From contig JASHNV010000058.1 of assembly GCA_030041455.1 (NCBI GenBank), forward strand, positions 6,453-70,452: a stretch of DNA of 64,000 bases. Reading direction: 5' to 3'. Numbering within the stretch: position 1 is the first letter of the stretch; each line of letters opens with the position of its first letter. The position numbers were made by a program, and so were the translations under genes. This document shows positions 58,745-64,000 of the stretch, piece by piece. Origin of the DNA: Spirochaetia bacterium. GTDB taxonomy: Bacteria > Spirochaetota > Spirochaetia > DAHUYW01. The notes under the pieces are model-generated. The model searched no databases and was not told the DNA's origin. It was given only the letters and a program-made list of their open reading frames with translations.

Positions 58745-60095
58745 CGTTCTCGTCGTCGACGACGAGAAGAACATCCGCGAGGGGCTCGGGAAAGCGCTCG
58801 AGCTCGACAACTACAACGTCCTCCTCGCCCCCGACGGCTCGAAGGCGCTCGAGATCATCAACACGAGCGACGTCGACCTCGTGATCACGGACCTGAAGAT
58901 GCCCGGCCTGTCGGGCCAGGAGCTTCTCAAGCAGGTCGCTTCGGCCTATCCGACCGTTCCGGTCATCATCCTCACCGGCCACGGCACCATCGAGACCGCC
59001 GTGGAGGCGATGCGCGACGGCGCGTTCGATTTCCTCACCAAGCCGGTCAACCTCGACAGACTCTCGCTCCTCGCGAAGCGGGCGCTCGCGAACCGCAAGC
59101 TCGTTCTCGAGCATCGGGCGCTCAAGGAGGAGGTCGAAAAGATCGCCCGGCGGCAGAAGTTCGCCAATATCATCGGCAAGAGCCCCGAGATGAAAAAGGT
59201 GCTCGAGATCGTCGAGCAGGTCGCCCCGACGAAGGCCTCGGTCCTCGTCACCGGCGAGAGCGGCGTCGGCAAGGAGCTCGTCGCGGACGCCATCCACAAC
59301 CTGTCCGACCGCAAGGAGCGGCCCTTCATCAAGGTGCACTGCGCCGCGCTCGCCGAGACGCTCCTCGAAAGCGAGCTGTTCGGCCACGAGAAGGGGGCCT
59401 TCACCGGCGCGGTGGCGACGAAGCGCGGGCGCTTCGAGCTTGCGAACGGCGGCACGATCTTCCTCGACGAGATCGGCGAGATCAACCAGCAGGTCCAGAT
59501 CAAGATTCTCCGGGTCCTTCAGGACAAGAAGTTCGAGCGGGTGGGCGGCGAGCAGACCATCGAGGTCGACGTGAGGGTCATCTCGGCGACCAACCGCGAT
59601 CTGAAGAAGGAGATCGCCGAGGGGCGCTTTCGGGAGGATCTGTTCTACCGGCTGAACGTCGTGAACATCACCGTCCCCCCGCTTCGCGAGCGCCGGGAGG
59701 ACATCGGGCTGCTCGTCGCGGCTTTTCTCCGCGAGTTCAGCGAGGAGAACGGGAAGAACATTCTCGGGATCGATCCGAAGGCGAAGTCCGCGATCTACGG
59801 CTACTCGTGGCCGGGCAACATCAGGGAGCTTCGCAACTGCATCGAGAGCGCCGTCGTTCTCGCGAAGGGCAGCTCGATCACGCTCATGGACCTGCCTCCG
59901 AGCGTCGCGAGCGAGACGGAGGGCGACTACATCCGCATCAATCTCGGCTCGACGCTCGCGGAGGCGGAGAAGGAGATCATCCGCGGAACGCTCAATTTCG
60001 AGAAGGGCAACAAGAGCAAGACCGCCGAGGTCCTCGGCATCGGGCGCAAGACCCTTCACCGGAAGATCCAGGAGTACCATCTCGTCGAGGAGTAG
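58734..60095 (+). CDS. sigma54-dependent response regulator (Rrp2/AtoC-like)
   Basis: REC with VDDE/TDLKMP; GESGVGKE, ESELFGHEKGAFTGA, FLDEIG, WPGNIREL; Fis-type HTH. Confidence 0.95.
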   Translation: MEFSVLVVDDEKNIREGLGKALELDNYNVLLAPDGSKALEIINTSDVDLVITDLKMPGLSGQELLKQVASAYPTVPVIILTGHGTIETAVEAMRDGAFDFLTKPVNLDRLSLLAKRALANRKLVLEHRALKEEVEKIARRQKFANIIGKSPEMKKVLEIVEQVAPTKASVLVTGESGVGKELVADAIHNLSDRKERPFIKVHCAALAETLLESELFGHEKGAFTGAVATKRGRFELANGGTIFLDEIGEINQQVQIKILRVLQDKKFERVGGEQTIEVDVRVISATNRDLKKEIAEGRFREDLFYRLNVVNITVPPLRERREDIGLLVAAFLREFSEENGKNILGIDPKAKSAIYGYSWPGNIRELRNCIESAVVLAKGSSITLMDLPPSVASETEGDYIRINLGSTLAEAEKEIIRGTLNFEKGNKSKTAEVLGIGRKTLHRKIQEYHLVEE

Positions 60096-60107
60096 GCGCG
60101 CCCGGGA

Positions 60108-60542
60108 TCAGACCCTGCCGGTCGACTTGAACCGCTTGATTCGCTGATAGGACTCGTTGATCTTCTGCGTGATCTCGGTGGCGTATTTCTGCTTCGCCGG
60201 GTCGGCGGCGTAGCGATCGGGATGGTACTCGCGGACGAGGCGCTTGTAGGCGCGGTGCACCACCTCGTCGTCGGCGCCGACCGGGACTTCCAGGTTGCCG
60301 TAGTCGCGCCGGAGCGCCTCGGGAACGGCCGCCGTCCTCTCGCCTTGACGCCGGGCTTCCCGATCGCTTGAGGACGGGTTTTCCCGCGGCCGGTCCTTGC
60401 CCGTTCGCAAGTACTCGTCGAGCTCCTCCCACGCCTCGCGGAGGTCGGGGTCGGCCGACCGGCCGCGCTGCCGCTCCGGGCGATCCTCGTCCGGGAACAG
60501 GGACCTCAGCAGGTTGCCGACGCGATCGAAGAATTGATCCAC
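60108..60542 (-). CDS. small protein with a C-terminal J domain
   Basis: AYKRLVREYHPDR (HPD motif), QKINESY. Confidence 0.88.
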   Translation of the reverse strand: MDQFFDRVGNLLRSLFPDEDRPERQRGRSADPDLREAWEELDEYLRTGKDRPRENPSSSDREARRQGERTAAVPEALRRDYGNLEVPVGADDEVVHRAYKRLVREYHPDRYAADPAKQKYATEITQKINESYQRIKRFKSTGRV

Positions 60543-60620
60543 GGTGCCATCCTCGCCACGTGAGCATGATACCCGATTTGAAGGTCCCTGACCAGCCGCG
60601 GGGCGCCGCCTGAGCGCTCC

Positions 60621-61496
60621 CTACAGCCCCTGCGGCTCCCCGCCGGGCCGGGGCCCGGCCTCCTCGTCGAGGTAGTAGGTTCCCGAAAAGAGGTACGAGG
60701 CGCTCGCGGTCGCAAGCACCTCGCCGGTCGACTCGACCCATTGGACGAAGACGTCCTCGTCGTTGCAGTGCACGAGCGCTTCCCGCTCGGTGAAGCCGTT
60801 GAGCGTCGAGGCCACGGTCGCGATTCCCGCCGCCGAGGTGTAGTCGACCGGCTCCCTCTTGAACCAATTCCTCACGAGCATCTCGTCCTTGCTGTAGACC
60901 TGGGCGAAGATCGGGTGGATCGCCGGCCGGATCCCCGCCTTGCGCAGCGAGCGCGAGAGGCGCATGAGCTTCTCGCGGCTCAAGCCACCGTGAAAATGCA
61001 CCGCCGCGTCGTACTGCAGGCGAAGGGGCGTCACGATGTGGTTCCGCCCGTCGACGAGCACCGCCGCGGCGTACTCCCGGTCGGGCTCCTCGCGAATCTC
61101 GGCTCCCGACGCGACGTCGAGGGGGACGCCGAGGGAGACGCGAAAATGCGAGCTGTCGATGAAGTCGACGGTGCGCTCGCCGCCCGAGCACTCAACGACG
61201 ATCTTTTTCCCGCCGGAGACCCCGGCGTCGAAGGCGAGGCGCGCCATGCAGATGAGCGCGTCGTTCAGCCTCCCGGACGGCTCGCCGTCGGGAAGGAACA
61301 GCTCGATCCGCGCGCTCTCCTTCACGCCCCGGCTGAGCACGACGACCCCGTTCGCCCCGACGCCGAGGTGGCGGTCGCAGATGCGGCGCGCCATCGTCGG
61401 AAGGAGCTCCGCGGGGACGGGCTCGGCCCCGTAGAGGCGGTTGAGGAGGATATAGTCGTTGCGGCAGGTATGAATCTTGTAGAAGTCGAGCTCCAC
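60621..61496 (-). CDS. DapF-fold protein lacking the catalytic cysteines
   Basis: FYKIH..RNDY and ICDRHLGVGANG match DapF, but the CGN, GNPH, ERG and ACG motifs are absent. Confidence 0.8.
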   Translation of the reverse strand: MELDFYKIHTCRNDYILLNRLYGAEPVPAELLPTMARRICDRHLGVGANGVVVLSRGVKESARIELFLPDGEPSGRLNDALICMARLAFDAGVSGGKKIVVECSGGERTVDFIDSSHFRVSLGVPLDVASGAEIREEPDREYAAAVLVDGRNHIVTPLRLQYDAAVHFHGGLSREKLMRLSRSLRKAGIRPAIHPIFAQVYSKDEMLVRNWFKREPVDYTSAAGIATVASTLNGFTEREALVHCNDEDVFVQWVESTGEVLATASASYLFSGTYYLDEEAGPRPGGEPQGL

Positions 61497-61502
61497 GCGC
61501 CG

Positions 61503-62849
61503 CTACCCCCCGGAATCGAAAAAGCCGCGATGGAGCGCGCGCACCGCCGCCTCGAGCGTGTCGGCGGGAACCACGAGGGAGAGGTTGATGTCCGAGGAGC
61601 CGAGGGAGATCATCCGAATCGGCGTGTCGTTGAGCGCCGTGAAGACCTCCGCGACGAACGACGGCTCCTTCCAAAGGTCCTGTCCCACGAGGCAGATGAT
61701 CGCGAGGTCCGCCTCCACGCGGACGCGGCCGATCTCCTCGAGATCGGCCATAATGCCCTTGAGCCCGGAGGTGTTGTCGATCGTCATCGAGACCGACACC
61801 TCGGAGGTGGCGATGAGGTCGACGGGAGTGCGGTGCTTCTCGAAGGTCGCGAAGATGCGGCTCAGGAAGCCGTAGGCGTTCAGCATCCTCGTCGAGGAGA
61901 CGTGGATCAGCGTGATGCCCTTCTTCCCGGCGATGGCGCGGAGTCCGACGCCCTCCGCCCGCTCCACGATGCAGGTTCTCGGGCCGTGCGGATCGCGCGT
62001 GTTCATCACGAGCACCGGGATGCCGGTCTCGATCGCCGGCTGGATGGTCGACGGATGAACGACCTTCGCGCCGAAGTAGGCGAGCTCCGCCGCCTCGCCG
62101 TAGCTGATGCGCTCGATGGTGCGCGCCTCGGCGACCACCCGGGGGTCGGAGGTCATGATGCCGTTCACGTCGGTCCAGATCTGAACTTCGCTCGCCTCGA
62201 GCGCCGCCCCGAGGATCGTCGCGGTGAAATCCGAGCCGCCCCTCCCGAGGGTCGACGTGACGCCGGACTCGGTCCGGCCGATGAAGCCCTGGGCGACGAG
62301 GAGGTGTCCCGGGCGGGGCTTCACCCGCGCGCGGACGAGGCGGTTCGTCGCCTCGTAGAGCGGAGCGGCGGCGGAGAAGCGGTCGTCGGTTCTGATGAAA
62401 TCCCGCGAGTCGAGGAGCTCCGTCGGGATGCCCCGCTCCTCGGCGCGCGCGGCGACGATCGCGGTCGAGAGGAGCTCGCCGATCGAGAGAATCGCGTCGC
62501 TTGAGCGCGGCGTGCACTCCCGAAGGAGCGCGAGTCCCTTGATGAGGGACGAGAGCTCCGCGAACAGCCGATCGAGGCGCTCGCGGGTCGCCTCGAGGCG
62601 CTCGCCCGAGACGAGCTCCTCCAGGGTCCTCACGTGGCGCGCGCGCTGCGCCGCGAGGATGGCGCGGGCTTCCTCCTCCCGTCCCGCTCCCGCGGCGTCC
62701 CTGATCGCGACGAGGCTGTCGGTGGTCTGCGCCATCGCCGAAGCCACGAGGAGCGGCGCGCGGTCGAGGTAGCTCGACGCGATGTCGAGCGCCCGGTCGA
62801 TCATCTCGGCGCTCTGGACGGAGGTGCCGCCGAACTTCAGGACGATCAT
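61503..62849 (-). CDS. lysC: aspartate kinase
   Basis: ATG at 62849 (ATGA overlap with asd); KFGGTSV, GELLST, TLGRGGSDFTA, WTDVNG, ELAYFGAKVVHP; two ACT domains. Confidence 0.95.
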   Translation of the reverse strand: MIVLKFGGTSVQSAEMIDRALDIASSYLDRAPLLVASAMAQTTDSLVAIRDAAGAGREEEARAILAAQRARHVRTLEELVSGERLEATRERLDRLFAELSSLIKGLALLRECTPRSSDAILSIGELLSTAIVAARAEERGIPTELLDSRDFIRTDDRFSAAAPLYEATNRLVRARVKPRPGHLLVAQGFIGRTESGVTSTLGRGGSDFTATILGAALEASEVQIWTDVNGIMTSDPRVVAEARTIERISYGEAAELAYFGAKVVHPSTIQPAIETGIPVLVMNTRDPHGPRTCIVERAEGVGLRAIAGKKGITLIHVSSTRMLNAYGFLSRIFATFEKHRTPVDLIATSEVSVSMTIDNTSGLKGIMADLEEIGRVRVEADLAIICLVGQDLWKEPSFVAEVFTALNDTPIRMISLGSSDINLSLVVPADTLEAAVRALHRGFFDSGG

Positions 62850-63886
62850 CGGTCGAGGTACCCCTTCGCGAGGTATGCCTCCGCGTTGAGGATCGCCGCG
62901 CCCGCCGCGCCGCGGATCGTATTGTGACCCATGACGACCATTTTGATGTCGAAGACCGGGCAGGGCCGGATGCGGCCGACGCAGGTGGCCATGCCGCGCT
63001 CCTTCCACACGTCGCGGGCAGGCTGCGGCCGGTCGTTCTCGTCGAAGACGATGATCGGACGCTCCGGCGCCGAGGGAAGCCCCACCTCCTGGGGCCATCC
63101 GCGGAAGCCGGCGAGGAGGGAGGCGACGTGCTCGGCCCGCGCGCGGGTTCGGAGCTTCAGCGAAACGGCCTCGGTGTGGCCGTCGAAGACCGCGACGCGG
63201 TTACACTGGGCGCTGATCGTGAAATCGGCCGGCACGACGCGGCCGCCGTCGAGCCGGCCGAGGATCTTCAGGGGCTCCGACTCCATCTTCTCCTCCTCGC
63301 CGCCGATGTAGGGAACGACGTTTCCGAGGATGTCGACCGAAGAGACTCCCGGATAGCCCGCCCCGGTCACCGCCTGCATCGTCGTCACGTGGACCGCCTC
63401 GATGCCGAGCTCTCGGTGGATGGGGCCGAGCGCCATCGCGAGGAACATGGTCGAGCAGTTGGAGTTCGTGATGATCGCGCCCTTGTAGGGCTGGCTTGCC
63501 GCGAGCGCGAGGTGGTCGTGGTTGATCTCGGGGATGACGAGCGGCACGTCGGGGTCCATGCGGTGGTTGCGCGAGTTGCTCACGACGACGTGGCCGGCCC
63601 TCGCGTAGGCCTCCTCGACGGCGCCCGCGACGGACGCATCGAGCCCGGAGAAGAGGATTCTGCTCTCAAGCCGCTCCTCGGTGGATTTCACGATCAGGTC
63701 GCGCGCGCCGGGCGGTATGAAGTCCTCCTGCTTCCAGTTCACCGCCTCGCGGTAGGGGCGCGCGGCGGAGCGCTCCGAGGCGACGACTTCCCTCAGCTCG
63801 AAAGAGGGATGGTCGCGGAGCAGGTGCACGAGCTTCTGGCCGACCATGCCGGTGGCTCCGAGGACGGCGACGGGTATCTTACCCAT
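62846..63886 (-). CDS. asd: aspartate-semialdehyde dehydrogenase (archaeal/fungal-like subtype)
   Basis: LGATGMVGQ, NSNCST (catalytic Cys), QAVTGAG, HNTIRGAAG. Confidence 0.97.
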   Translation of the reverse strand: MGKIPVAVLGATGMVGQKLVHLLRDHPSFELREVVASERSAARPYREAVNWKQEDFIPPGARDLIVKSTEERLESRILFSGLDASVAGAVEEAYARAGHVVVSNSRNHRMDPDVPLVIPEINHDHLALAASQPYKGAIITNSNCSTMFLAMALGPIHRELGIEAVHVTTMQAVTGAGYPGVSSVDILGNVVPYIGGEEEKMESEPLKILGRLDGGRVVPADFTISAQCNRVAVFDGHTEAVSLKLRTRARAEHVASLLAGFRGWPQEVGLPSAPERPIIVFDENDRPQPARDVWKERGMATCVGRIRPCPVFDIKMVVMGHNTIRGAAGAAILNAEAYLAKGYLDR

Positions 63887-63933
63887 GAGATTCCTCCCGT
63901 GCGCGGATCGTTCGGAGAGCTGGGACGGAAGAT

Positions 63934-64000
63934 CAATAGCGCTCCACTCCGAGAGTGACAGTTCAGGAGGTGTTGACCCCGGGAACCAGGCACCGGACTC
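63934..64000 (-). ncRNA. lysine riboswitch (L-box), 3' half; truncated by the window edge
   Basis: Minus strand TGGTTC...GAACTGTCAC-TCTCGGA-GTGGAGCGCTAT matches the L-box P4/P5/P1 consensus, directly upstream of asd-lysC. Confidence 0.8.

Overview
GC-rich bacterial chromosome segment, most likely from a free-living spirochaete (Spirochaetia). The evidence is a Borrelia-like murG-cvpA-holB-hk2-rrp2 block, a PilZ protein with a GAF-like insert, a ComFB fusion and DUF6675/DUF6765-like genes. From left to right: (1) a candidate cyclic-nucleotide signalling neighbourhood (ComFB fusion, YbjN-like protein, HD hydrolase, lipoprotein, split PilZ, degenerate cyclase-NTPase-TPR protein); (2) tRNA-Met followed by about 14 kb of accessory DNA with an IS remnant and a complete probable D-apiose uptake/catabolism locus bracketed by two copies of a ~65-bp hairpin repeat; (3) two ABC exporters; (4) an orphan larE-larB-larC1-larC2 nickel-pincer cofactor operon; (5) several pseudogenes; (6) purU, CYTH, DUF6765, MBL hydrolase, HTH-EIIA, galM, a AAA ATPase, rnhA, htrA, uvrB and a GGDEF protein; (7) a pstB-phoU-phoB-phoR operon with Pho boxes; (8) a lysine-riboswitch-led asd-lysC operon whose third gene is a DapF homologue lacking both catalytic cysteines. 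No CRISPR array, rRNA or intact integrase/transposase was seen. All calls come from motif recognition by eye; no database searches were run.
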